Part shown: piece by piece, positions 9,172-16,916 of the stretch
Position numbering within the stretch: position 1 is the stretch's first letter
Layout of the letters: each line of letters opens with the position of its first letter
NCBI GenBank assembly: GCA_031364505.1
Contig: JANLWK010000222.1
Location: 1-57,759 of the forward strand
Reading direction: 5' to 3'
Length of the DNA stretch: 57,759 nucleotides
Source: Candidatus Eiseniibacteriota bacterium
GTDB lineage: Bacteria; Eisenbacteria; RBG-16-71-46
Program-made: the position numbers and the translations under genes
The notes under the pieces: model-generated
Told to the model about the DNA's origin: nothing
Seen by the model: the letters and a program-made list of their open reading frames with translations, nothing else
The model's database searches: none

Positions 9172-12100
9172 TCAGGCGAGGAGGTAGTCGAGGTCCTTCG
9201 GGGTGAGCGTGCGCGCGAAGCCGTCTTCGCCGAGTACGTCCGCGGCGAGCGCCGCCTTGCGCTGCTGCAGCTCGTAGATCTTCTCCTCGATCGTGCCCGC
9301 GGCGAGCATCCGGTAGGCGATCACGGTGCGCGTCTGGCCGATCCGGTGCGTGCGGTCGATCGCCTGCGCCTCGACGGCGGGGTTCCACCACGGATCGAAC
9401 AGCACGACGTAGCTCGCGGCGGTGAGGTTGAGCCCGGAACCGCCGGCCTTGAGCGAGATCAGGAACACGCTCGGATCGGGGTCGTTCTCGAACGCGTCGA
9501 TGACCGCTTCGCGCCGCGTCGTGGCGCCCGTCATCATGTGGTGCCGCACACCGCGCGCCGTCATCGCGGCGGCGAGCAGCTTGAGGCACTGCACGAACTG
9601 CGAGAACACGAGCACCTTGCGGCCCTCGGCGAGCAGCGGCTCGAGGATCTCGAACAGGGCGTCGAACTTGCCGGATCCCAGAGCGTCGCGCCCGCCCACG
9701 AGCGCCGGGTGGCAGCAAACCTGGCGCAGGCGGGTGAGTGCCGCGAGGATCTCGAAGCGGTGCCCCATGATGCCGTCGGGGGTTCCCTTGAACCGCTCGA
9801 CCGTCGCCCGGCTCTGCATCAGCTCGGCGAGGTAGAGCTTGCGCTGTCCGGGCGTCAGCTCGCACTCGCGGCGCTCCTCGATGCGATCGGGCAGCTCGGG
9901 CGCCACCTGTTCCTTGAGCCGGCGCATCAGCACGGGCCGCAGGCGCGCGGCGAGCAGCCGGCGCGTGTGCGCGGGCGCCGAGGGACGGTCGTAGCGCGCG
10001 GCGAACGCCGTGCGGCGGCCGAGGTAGCCGGGGTTCACGAACTGCATGATGCTCCACAGGTCGAGCGCGCGGTTCTCGATGGGCGTGCCGGTCAGGGCGA
10101 GGCGGTGGCGCGCGTCGAGCTCGAGCACGGCGCGGGTCACCGAGGCGCCCGGGTTCTTGATGTTCTGGGCCTCGTCGAGAATGGCGGCGAGCAGGGGCAG
10201 CGAGCGCCACTTCTCGACGTCGCGCCGCAGCAGCGCGTACGTGGTGAGCACGACGTCGTGATGCGGGACCTGCCGGCGCAGCGCGTGGCGTTCCGCGCCA
10301 CTCGTCAGCTCGAGCACGCGCAGGTTCGGCGTGAACCGCTCGGCCTCGCGCCGCCAGTTGTGCACGACCGACGCGGGGCACACGACGAGCACGGGGCCGC
10401 CGCCGGGTTCGCGCGCGCGCAGCCACTCGATCCACGCCAGCGCCTGGATCGTCTTCCCGAGGCCCATGTCGTCGGCGAGGATCGCCCCCAGCCCGAGGCC
10501 CGACACGAACGCGAGGAAGTCGAGGCCGTCGCGCTGATACGGCCGCAGGATCGGGTCCAAGTGCTCGGATACCGCGACGCGCGGCGGGCCCACGAAATTG
10601 AGGACACGCTCGCGCATGCGCGCGATCTCGCGAATCGTGCGCGGATCGCCGCCATACGTCTCGAGCGCCTCGAGGCGGTCGGGACGCGCCTGCGCGAGCT
10701 GCGCCACCGACAGGCGCTGCTCGCCCTCGCCGGCCTCGAGCCCGAGGTCCGCGAGCAACTCGGCGGTGGCGTCCATCGCGTCGATGCCGTCGCGCCGGAT
10801 CCATCCCGAGGTCAGTTTCACGAACCGCGTGCGCGCGGCGCGCAGCTTCGCGAGGTCGGCTTCGGTGATCGCCTGGCCCTCGAGCCGCCATTCCGCGGAT
10901 ACCGTGAACCAGTCGACCCCGCTCGCCGTCACGGTGACACTCGGATGGACGGTGCGGCCCTCGGCGAGCAGGTGCCGCATCCGCGGGTTGCCGAGGTACA
11001 GCACGTCGCCCGGCCGCCGCTCCCACGCCGCGGCGAACGCCTCGAGGCTCCGCGCGCCGAGGCGGAACCGCATGCGGCCGTCCGCCGGCTCGGCGCCACG
11101 CGCCGGCTCGGCACCGCGCGCGGGTCGCTTCGGAGCGCGCGCGAACGGGAGCTGGGCGAGCCACTGCCGCGCGGGCTCGACCCGCTCGGCGTCCGGCATG
11201 TCGATCCACACCGCTCCGGTCGGGTCGTCGGTGCCGTGCTCGGCGTACGCGACTTCGTCCCCATACTCATCGACTCGCGGCGCGTCGTCGGACTCGGCGT
11301 CGGGCGCCTCGCCTTCGACGGGCTCGCCCATCGGGGCGCGCTCGATCGCGACCGCGGATTCGTCCGGGGCGATCCGGATCCACTGCCCATCAGCCCCCAG
11401 CTCGAATCCTTCCTGCGGCGGTGCCGCGGGATTCCACGACGCCTCGCCCGTGTGCGCGAACAACCGGACGTCGAGCCAGTCGTCGTCGCCGAGATCGAGC
11501 GTGATCACCGGCCGGACCTGGTGGACGCGGATGTGCGGGGAGAGCGCGTCGGCCACGCTGGCGAAGCTCGAGGCGAGCAGCGCGAGGAAGCGCGCCCGTC
11601 CATGTTCCGGCACCACGAGGCTTCCGGTCGACGCAAAGCGCTGCATGAGCGGACGCGGCGGCTCCTCGGCCAGACGCCAGAACGTGCCGCCTTCGAGCAC
11701 GAGACTCGGATGCAGGTCGTCGTCCGACGGCATGTAGACGACGTCGTGGAGTGGAATCAGCCGGCCGTCGGGCCAGCGCACGGCGAGCGCCACGCGCATG
11801 TCGGCTCCCTCTCCGGTGCAGGAGGGGACGATCTCCGGCTGCGTGTCGCCCAGCCGGAGCCGCGAGCCGGCGACGGCGCCGCCACGGGCGAGGGACGCAC
11901 CGCCGTCCTTCGTCCACGTCGCGAGCGGTGAGCCCGAGACGTTGTCGAGCAGCCGGTTCACCGTGCTCGCCTTGAGCGCGAAGCGCAGGCCCTGGTCGAG
12001 CGGCTCGGCCTGCCGCAGCGCGTTCGCGAGCACGCGCAGCAGCCGCGCCTGCGGCGGGGACAGCAGGCGCGGGTCGCGGCGCAGGTCGGCCGCGAGCTGG

Positions 12101-13005
12101 AGCAGGTGCCGCGCGGAACGCGCGCCGTCGGCGAGCCGCGGCGTCGTGGCGCGGACCTCCATCCACACGCCGCCGGGCCGCTCCGCTTCGGTGTGAAGCC
12201 CGAACACCGCCCGCACGACGCAGGCCGGCGCCTCGCCGTGGCGGCGCGCCCAATGGACGAGGTCGCTCGCCATGTCCGCGCGCACGCGCTCGGGCTCGGC
12301 GAAGTCGCCGCGAGGGATGTCGCCGAGGAACGGCGGGCGCTGCTCGCCGCTTCGCTTGGTCCGGGCCGGACGCTCGGGTGTCGAGTCCCCGCCGTTCCGC
12401 GCGCGGCCGATCTCGCCGGCCAGCGCGTACGCGTGCTTGCAGATGGGACCCGATCCGCACGTGCACTCCGGGTGGGCGGTGGAGCCGTCCCATTCCCAGC
12501 GCGTGCGGTAGTTGCGGTCGCCACGCACCGTCGCACTGATCCGGTTCCGCTCGACCTCGAGTGCTCCCACGCGCCGCTCGTTCAGGACCGAGCGACCGCG
12601 ACTCTGGATCTGCGCGGGGAAGTGGGCGGCATTCGCCCGGATGGCATCGACCTTCTTCGCCGCGAACGCGTGGATCGGAGATTCGACTTGATTGTGCAGG
12701 GGCGCCCTCCTCAGGGTCGTGAGATCCGCCGCGGGGCGCCTGCCCCCGGCGATGGGCCGAACCGCAGAGGATACACCAGTTCGGAGAGAACGCCGTGGTC
12801 CCCCGATCGGGCGCTGCCCGCCTGCGCCGGACGAGGGTTTCGCCTCGCCCGGGAAACGTGCTCGACCAGCCGCTCGCGCTGCCTGCGATGAACGCAGCGC
12901 CGTCCGCCACGAGCGCACCTTCACTGCACACCCGGCGCGGTTCGCTGCATCGCGCGTGACGCGCGGTCGCCGATCGCGCAGGGTGGCGTCGTCGCTCATC
13001 GCCAC
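9172..13005 (-). CDS. SWIM zinc-finger + SNF2-family helicase (SNF2 N-terminal and helicase C domains)
   Basis: SWIM CxC...CxH (HPECTCGSGPICKHAYA). SNF2 motifs LADDMGLGKTIQ, DEAQNIKNP, and helicase C motif ...FDPWWNPAVEAQAIDRTHRIGQ. Start uncertain: the first about 100 codons from ATG 13005 look non-coding. A CTG at 12699 lies 6 nt after GAGGAGG. Confidence 0.85.
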   Translation of the reverse strand: MAMSDDATLRDRRPRVTRDAANRAGCAVKVRSWRTALRSSQAARAAGRARFPGEAKPSSGAGGQRPIGGPRRSLRTGVSSAVRPIAGGRRPAADLTTLRRAPLHNQVESPIHAFAAKKVDAIRANAAHFPAQIQSRGRSVLNERRVGALEVERNRISATVRGDRNYRTRWEWDGSTAHPECTCGSGPICKHAYALAGEIGRARNGGDSTPERPARTKRSGEQRPPFLGDIPRGDFAEPERVRADMASDLVHWARRHGEAPACVVRAVFGLHTEAERPGGVWMEVRATTPRLADGARSARHLLQLAADLRRDPRLLSPPQARLLRVLANALRQAEPLDQGLRFALKASTVNRLLDNVSGSPLATWTKDGGASLARGGAVAGSRLRLGDTQPEIVPSCTGEGADMRVALAVRWPDGRLIPLHDVVYMPSDDDLHPSLVLEGGTFWRLAEEPPRPLMQRFASTGSLVVPEHGRARFLALLASSFASVADALSPHIRVHQVRPVITLDLGDDDWLDVRLFAHTGEASWNPAAPPQEGFELGADGQWIRIAPDESAVAIERAPMGEPVEGEAPDAESDDAPRVDEYGDEVAYAEHGTDDPTGAVWIDMPDAERVEPARQWLAQLPFARAPKRPARGAEPARGAEPADGRMRFRLGARSLEAFAAAWERRPGDVLYLGNPRMRHLLAEGRTVHPSVTVTASGVDWFTVSAEWRLEGQAITEADLAKLRAARTRFVKLTSGWIRRDGIDAMDATAELLADLGLEAGEGEQRLSVAQLAQARPDRLEALETYGGDPRTIREIARMRERVLNFVGPPRVAVSEHLDPILRPYQRDGLDFLAFVSGLGLGAILADDMGLGKTIQALAWIEWLRAREPGGGPVLVVCPASVVHNWRREAERFTPNLRVLELTSGAERHALRRQVPHHDVVLTTYALLRRDVEKWRSLPLLAAILDEAQNIKNPGASVTRAVLELDARHRLALTGTPIENRALDLWSIMQFVNPGYLGRRTAFAARYDRPSAPAHTRRLLAARLRPVLMRRLKEQVAPELPDRIEERRECELTPGQRKLYLAELMQSRATVERFKGTPDGIMGHRFEILAALTRLRQVCCHPALVGGRDALGSGKFDALFEILEPLLAEGRKVLVFSQFVQCLKLLAAAMTARGVRHHMMTGATTRREAVIDAFENDPDPSVFLISLKAGGSGLNLTAASYVVLFDPWWNPAVEAQAIDRTHRIGQTRTVIAYRMLAAGTIEEKIYELQQRKAALAADVLGEDGFARTLTPKDLDYLLA

Positions 13006-13058
13006 CGCCGTCCCAGGGCATCAAGCCTGGAGGCGGAGGCCACCTCGAGGAGGTCACC

Positions 13059-14159
13059 GTGATCGGAATGCTGTCCGTCCCACTCGTCGCGCTGATGGCC
13101 ACGGCCCCCGCCGCCGCGCCGCGCGCCAAGTACACACGCAACGTCGCGATCGTCATCTACGAAAACGCGGAGCCGCTCGACTGGAGCGGCCCGTTCGAGG
13201 TCTACAACGACGCCGCGGGCTTCGGAAGCTCGCACGGTGATAACGCCTTCAATGTGTATCTCGTGTCGAAGACGACCGAACCGCTGAACTCGCAGGGCAT
13301 GAAGGTCGTGCCCCAGTACTCGATCGAGAACGCACCGAAGCCCGACATCGTGCTGTTCCCCGGCGGGCCATCGTCCAAGATCACCGACGATCCGGCCTTC
13401 TTCGCCTGGGCGGAGCGCGCCTCGAAGGAAGCCGAGATCGCGCAGTCGGTGTGCACGGGCGCCTTCGTGCTCGCCAAGGCGGGGCTGCTCGACGGACTCG
13501 AGGTGACGACGCATCACGGCTCGATCGACCGGCTGCAGAAGCTGACGCCCAAGGCGACGGTCCGGACCGGGCGGCGCTACGTCGACAACGGCCACGTCGT
13601 GACGACCGCGGGCATCTCGGCCGGCATCGACGGATCGCTGCACGTGGTGGCGCGCCTGCTCGGACGCCGCGTCGCCGACCAGGTGGCGACTTACATGGAA
13701 TACGCGTGGACGCCCGAGGCGACGCTCGCGCGCGGCTACTCGTACTTCAACCCCAGCGCCACGGCGAGCGGCCGGCGCGTGCAGGCGGGGGAGATGCAAC
13801 TCGACGAGAAGCACTTCGCCGACGCCGAGCAGACGTTCCGCGACGTGCTCGTGGCCGATGATGGCGATCGCGACGCGCGCAACATGCTGGCGCAGGCGCT
13901 CGTCGGCCAGGAGCGGCATGCCGAGGCCGCGCCGGAGCTGGTGCGCAGCGTCGAAGGGTCGAAGGACCACATGGTGCCGTACGTGCTGTACCAGGCCGCC
14001 GTCCAGTACGCGCTCGCGGGACAGCGGGACGAGGCGCTCGGCACCCTGCGCAAGGCGATCGATGCCGGGTATTCGGGCCGGCAGGCGGTGACGAACGAAC
14101 CGGCGTTCGCGGGGCTCAAGGCCGACCCGCGCATGAAGGAGCTGTTGAGCGCACTCTGA
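13059..14159 (+). CDS. DJ-1/PfpI (ThiJ) family protein with signal-like N-terminus and TPR-like C-terminal extension
   Basis: GTG 13059 is 7 nt after GAGGAGG. Nucleophile elbow AQSVCTGAFVLAKAG. The GGP... motif is conserved. C-terminal helical repeats. Confidence 0.82.
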   Translation: MIGMLSVPLVALMATAPAAAPRAKYTRNVAIVIYENAEPLDWSGPFEVYNDAAGFGSSHGDNAFNVYLVSKTTEPLNSQGMKVVPQYSIENAPKPDIVLFPGGPSSKITDDPAFFAWAERASKEAEIAQSVCTGAFVLAKAGLLDGLEVTTHHGSIDRLQKLTPKATVRTGRRYVDNGHVVTTAGISAGIDGSLHVVARLLGRRVADQVATYMEYAWTPEATLARGYSYFNPSATASGRRVQAGEMQLDEKHFADAEQTFRDVLVADDGDRDARNMLAQALVGQERHAEAAPELVRSVEGSKDHMVPYVLYQAAVQYALAGQRDEALGTLRKAIDAGYSGRQAVTNEPAFAGLKADPRMKELLSAL

Positions 14160-14206
14160 GCGCGAGCGCGGTCGGAGACGGTGAGGCGGGCGCCCGAGCG
14201 GCGGCC

Positions 14207-14557
14207 CGCCTCGTTCGTCTTCCCGCGAAAACCCTGAGCCATGCCGCGCGCCTGCAGGGCCACGAGGTCGCCGTCGCGCACGACGGCGCCGAGGCACTCG
14301 AGTGCTTCGCCCGCGCCCCGTTCGATGCCGCGATCAGCGACATCGGCATGCCGCGCATCAACGGCTACGACGTGGCCCGCAGGGTCCGCGAGCGCTCTCT
14401 CTCGGTGCTGCTCATCGCGCTGACCGGCTGGGGCCAGGGCGAGGACAAGCAGCGCGCCTACGACGCCGGCTTCGACAGCCACCTGACGAAGCCCGTGCAC
14501 CCAGACCAACTCGTGCAGGCCCTCGCGGTCCTGTCGCGCGAGGCCCGCGGAGCCTAG
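14207..14557 (+). pseudogene. relic of a CheY-like receiver domain (N-terminal beta1/acidic pocket missing, no usable start)
   Basis: The frame of ORF 14348..14557 reads upstream as ...RLVRLPAKTLSHAARLQGHEVAVAHDGAEALECFARAPFDAAISDIGMPRINGYDVARRV...LTGW...LTKPV. Phospho-acceptor D, T and K are present. The beta1 strand and DD pocket are absent. There is no ATG/GTG/TTG before 14348. Confidence 0.7.
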
Positions 14558-14706
14558 TGCGCGGACCGAATGACGCGCCCCGGACGCGCTTGCGGCCGGC
14601 CCGTCATCCGGGTAATTTGTCCGACCTCCGCGCCGGCCCGCACATCGCCACGCCGACGCCCGCGCTGCGCGCCCAACCCGCGCAAGCCGTTGCGAAAAAA
14701 TTGAGT

Positions 14707-14782
14707 GGGGCTGTAGCTCAGTTGGGAGAGCGCTTGACTGGCAGTCAAGAGGTCGACGGTTCGATCCCGTTCAGCTCCACCA
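14707..14782 (+). tRNA. tRNA-Ala(GGC)
   Basis: GGGGCTG acceptor with the G3:U70 Ala identity pair. D arm GCTC/GAGC. Anticodon stem CTTGA/TCAAG with loop CTGGCAG (anticodon GGC). T arm GACGG-TTCGATC-CCGTT. Encoded CCA. Confidence 0.95.
14738..14782 (+). repeat. direct repeat copy 1 (3' part of functional tRNA-Ala; attL-like)
   Basis: CTGGCAGTCAAGAGGTCGACGGTTCGATCCCGTTCAGCTCCACCA. Confidence 0.9.
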
Positions 14783-14821
14783 AATCTACGCTGCGCCTTG
14801 TCATCGGGCGCGTACGCTGGT

Positions 14822-15409
14822 CTACGCGGCTTGGCTCTTCTTCGTCGCGACCGTCCAGGCGTTCTGCCGCACATGGGCGGTTATCCGTTCTGTGCGCGGG
14901 CGCTCGAATTTGGTCTTGGCTGCAAGCTCACGGAAGAGCGCGGCAAAGCCCCACAACGTTTCGAGGTGGCTTCCCTCGAGAGCGCTGTTGCCAGGCTTCG
15001 TGACGTAGTCGTGGAACGCTTGAAGCAAGACCCACCGCACGCCAAGTTCCTCGGCGAAACTCAGACCAGTCACAACCTTGGCTTCCCTGTCTGCGATGGT
15101 CTCGCGTCTGGGAGACTTCAGAAGGTGGGCTAGTCCCGCTTGACTCAGCCCGCATGCCCGTCGGAGGAAACGCAACTCCGGTCCGGTGCGAGCCCCAGGT
15201 CGCATGAGAAGATCCAGCGCGATCACCTGCAGGAGTTGGGGCTCCTTGGTGATCCGGACGGATGCTTCGCCGCAGTTGCTGCACTCCGTCTTCGTGACGC
15301 CTCCAGACAACCACACGTTATCCAGTCCGGACTCCTTGTACTGGTACGCGGAGAGATCGCGGGCGGACGCGGCCGATCGGCCGCAGTTCGGGCAGACGGT
15401 TCGGCTCAC
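14822..15409 (-). CDS. MqsA/YgiT-type zinc-finger + HTH antitoxin (195 aa)
   Basis: GTG 15409 is 6-7 nt after AGGAGG and overlaps the toxin-frame stop (GTGA). CPNC...(32 aa)...CSNC zinc ribbon, followed by an HTH (LRFLRRACGLSQAGLAHLL). It is currently the 3' part of the 334-aa ORF 14822..15826. Confidence 0.75.
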   Translation of the reverse strand: MSRTVCPNCGRSAASARDLSAYQYKESGLDNVWLSGGVTKTECSNCGEASVRITKEPQLLQVIALDLLMRPGARTGPELRFLRRACGLSQAGLAHLLKSPRRETIADREAKVVTGLSFAEELGVRWVLLQAFHDYVTKPGNSALEGSHLETLWGFAALFRELAAKTKFERPRTERITAHVRQNAWTVATKKSQAA

Positions 15410-15730
15410 TTGTGCCTCCTGTGCTTGCGAGTCTGCGTGTCCATCATGATGGTTACGGCGGTGCAGGGGCCATCCGCTCGAAGATCCAGGACGAGACGTG
15501 TCTTGCGGCCCCTCGAGGCACGTTCCCAAGAGTCGCACTCGAAATGCTCTCGTCTTCTCGTTGAATACCAGCGGACCCGGCTCGAGGTGATGCGACCGCA
15601 GCAGGTGGTAGACATCCTGAGCCGTGAATCGGCGCGCTCCAGAGGACTCCCAAAAGTGCGCGGCGTACACAAGCTCGCGGGGGCCATGAACAAGACTGTG
15701 GATGCTTGCTGCCGCGTCCTTGCGCGTCAC
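15406..15730 (-). pseudogene. DUF4258-like toxin gene interrupted by a +1 frameshift in a G4 run
   Basis: GTG 15730 follows GGAGGA. N-terminal part is in the frame of ORF 14822..15826 (...AAHFWESSGARRFTAQDVYHLLRS...RVRLLGTCLEG). C-terminal part is in the frame of ORF 15406..15693 (RKTRLVLDLRADGPCTAVTIMMD...*). The switch is at plus-strand CCCC 15509-15512. Confidence 0.65.
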
Positions 15731-15762
15731 GTCCGTCCTCCGAAACGGCAGCTTACCACGTA

Positions 15763-15779
15763 TGTACGTCGAACGTACA
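15763..15779. promoter_or_regulatory. palindromic operator candidate upstream of the DUF4258/MqsA-like module
   Basis: TGTACGT-cga-ACGTACA, a perfect 7-bp inverted repeat, lies 33 nt upstream of the toxin GTG (15730). Confidence 0.45.
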
Positions 15780-15954
15780 GTGATCGTTGCAGGACCTCCG
15801 CTCCGAGCGCCGTCCAATGTAGCCAACGGTAACCGGAGGCAACGACACGAACCGTGTCGAACGGGGAGTTGCGAATCCCTGCGGAGGGCCCAACCGCCCT
15901 CCCTCGTTACGTTTCGTGCTGGTTCGTGACGTTTCGTTACCGAGCGCCAACGGC

Positions 15955-15999
15955 CTGGCCGTCAAGAGGTCGACGGTTCGATCCCGTTCAGCTCCACCA
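15955..15999 (+). repeat. direct repeat copy 2 (displaced tRNA-Ala 3' fragment; attR-like)
   Basis: CTGGCCGTCAAGAGGTCGACGGTTCGATCCCGTTCAGCTCCACCA; 44/45 identical to 14738-14782. No 5' half of a tRNA lies upstream. Confidence 0.9.
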
Positions 16000-16587
16000 T
16001 TCTTCACAAGAAGTTGCGATCGCCTTGGGGGTCTCGTTCCCTCCGAGGAGCGAGAAGCGTTCGATCGCCCGCAGGGCGAGCAGCCCGGCTGCACTCCCTG
16101 CAACGCCGCCGAGGGGTGATTCCATGGCCGTACCGCGCGCGTTGAACTGCTGGCTCGTCGCGACCCTGATCCTGTTCCTGAGCTGCGCGATCGTGCCGTC
16201 GTGGGCGAGTGCCGTGCGGTCTTCTCGCAGCCAGCGAACACCTCCGCCGATCCGCACGGTGTCGGGTACGCCGATTTCCTCTCGCATGTACATCCGGCCG
16301 TGCACTTGTTCCATCGCCACCTGCACGACCTCGGTCTTGCTCTCGCTGTGCTTCCGAAGCGTGTCTCCATTGGGAAGGATAAAGAGCTTCGTTTGCGCGC
16401 CGGCATATCGCCAGCGGTTCCCGACAGCCATCGGGTAATAGCTCGGCACGCCGTGAACACGGAGCTGCGACGCCGAGTGGTCTGGTCGCAGTGACGACGA
16501 TGGGGTCGTCGGGAGGCGATCGACCCGGCTACAGCCCGCGAGGGCGAGGGTGGGAAGGAGCAGGAGCAAGCAGCGGGCGCGGCGCAT
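15988..16587 (-). CDS. hypothetical lipoprotein
   Basis: Lipobox LALAGC after MRRARCLLLLLPT. The last four codons and the stop (...EEWWS*) are encoded inside the attR-like repeat. Confidence 0.7.
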   Translation of the reverse strand: MRRARCLLLLLPTLALAGCSRVDRLPTTPSSSLRPDHSASQLRVHGVPSYYPMAVGNRWRYAGAQTKLFILPNGDTLRKHSESKTEVVQVAMEQVHGRMYMREEIGVPDTVRIGGGVRWLREDRTALAHDGTIAQLRNRIRVATSQQFNARGTAMESPLGGVAGSAAGLLALRAIERFSLLGGNETPKAIATSCEEWWS

Positions 16588-16676
16588 TTCGAGGCCCTCC
16601 GAACCCGAGGGGAGATTCCAAGCCTAGCACCGTCCGCGCACGGATGCGGCCCCACCCAAATCACCCCAAGCACATC

Positions 16677-16830
16677 TTGACGAATATGTCCGATCGGACA
16701 TATTTTGAAGTCCCAGTTCTCCAGAATCGGAGCGACGCTGGATCTTCTCTTTCGTGCCCTGTTCGCAACAGGCGCGACGATTGACGACATCGCTCGAGAG
16801 ATCCGTCACAAGAAGCGGAGAGCAGCCTAG
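16677..16830 (+). pseudogene. internally deleted ghost of a HigB(Gp49/DUF891)-HigA(XRE) module, paralogous to 20068-20767
   Basis: It retains TTGACG, the operator palindrome and the first 8 toxin codons (MSDRTYFE vs MSDQTYKE). It then jumps to the last 30 antitoxin codons (LDLLFRALFATGATIDDIAREIRHKKRRAA*, 28/30 identical to 20678-20767), which are in a different frame. Confidence 0.8.
16684..16703. promoter_or_regulatory. perfect 20-bp palindrome (orphan operator) between TTGACG and TATTTT
   Basis: ATATGTCCGATCGGACATAT equals its own reverse complement. It is flanked by TTGACG (16677-16682) and TATTTT (16701-16706, 18-nt spacer). Confidence 0.6.
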
Positions 16831-16916
16831 TCGACCGCGTTCACCCGCACAGCCGATGCAACGGTGTGCGCAGACGGCACTGCGCCCGTGCGCCAGCGTC
16901 ACCGCACCCTCGGCGG

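Larger units (their letters stand above)
14738..15999. mobile_element. integrase-less tRNA-Ala-associated cassette bounded by a 45-bp direct repeat (attL/attR-like)
   Basis: 14738-14782 (anticodon loop to CCA of the tRNA) is repeated at 15955-15999 with a single mismatch (A14743 vs C15960). The interval contains only a toxin-antitoxin pair. Confidence 0.6.

Noticed and set aside
12700-13005. N-terminal 100-codon extension of the SNF2 ORF, and the plus-strand ORF 12692..13240.
   Set aside because: Both translations are low-complexity Arg/Ala-rich. I kept 13005 only as the maximal ORF boundary and flagged the likely internal start.
9172-13005. SNF2 helicase as part of a DISARM-, Zorya- or BREX-like defence system.
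   Set aside because: No adjacent methyltransferase, PLD/DUF1998, ZorABC-like or PglZ/BrxC-like genes. The neighbours are a TMTC-like membrane protein and a DJ-1 protein.
14822-15826. Treating the 334-aa ORF as one genuine fusion protein.
   Set aside because: An internal AGGAGG-GTG start, a GTGA overlap with the other frame's stop, and a DUF4258-like C-terminus in that other frame all indicate two genes joined by a 1-nt insertion. It is kept as a finding because read-level verification is needed.
15909-15934. Direct repeats ACGTTTCGT (15909-15917) and ACGTTTCGT (15926-15934) next to the attR-like copy, as recombinase arm-type sites.
   Set aside because: These are only two short copies and no recombinase is available to link them to. 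They are mentioned under the cassette finding but not claimed as a feature.
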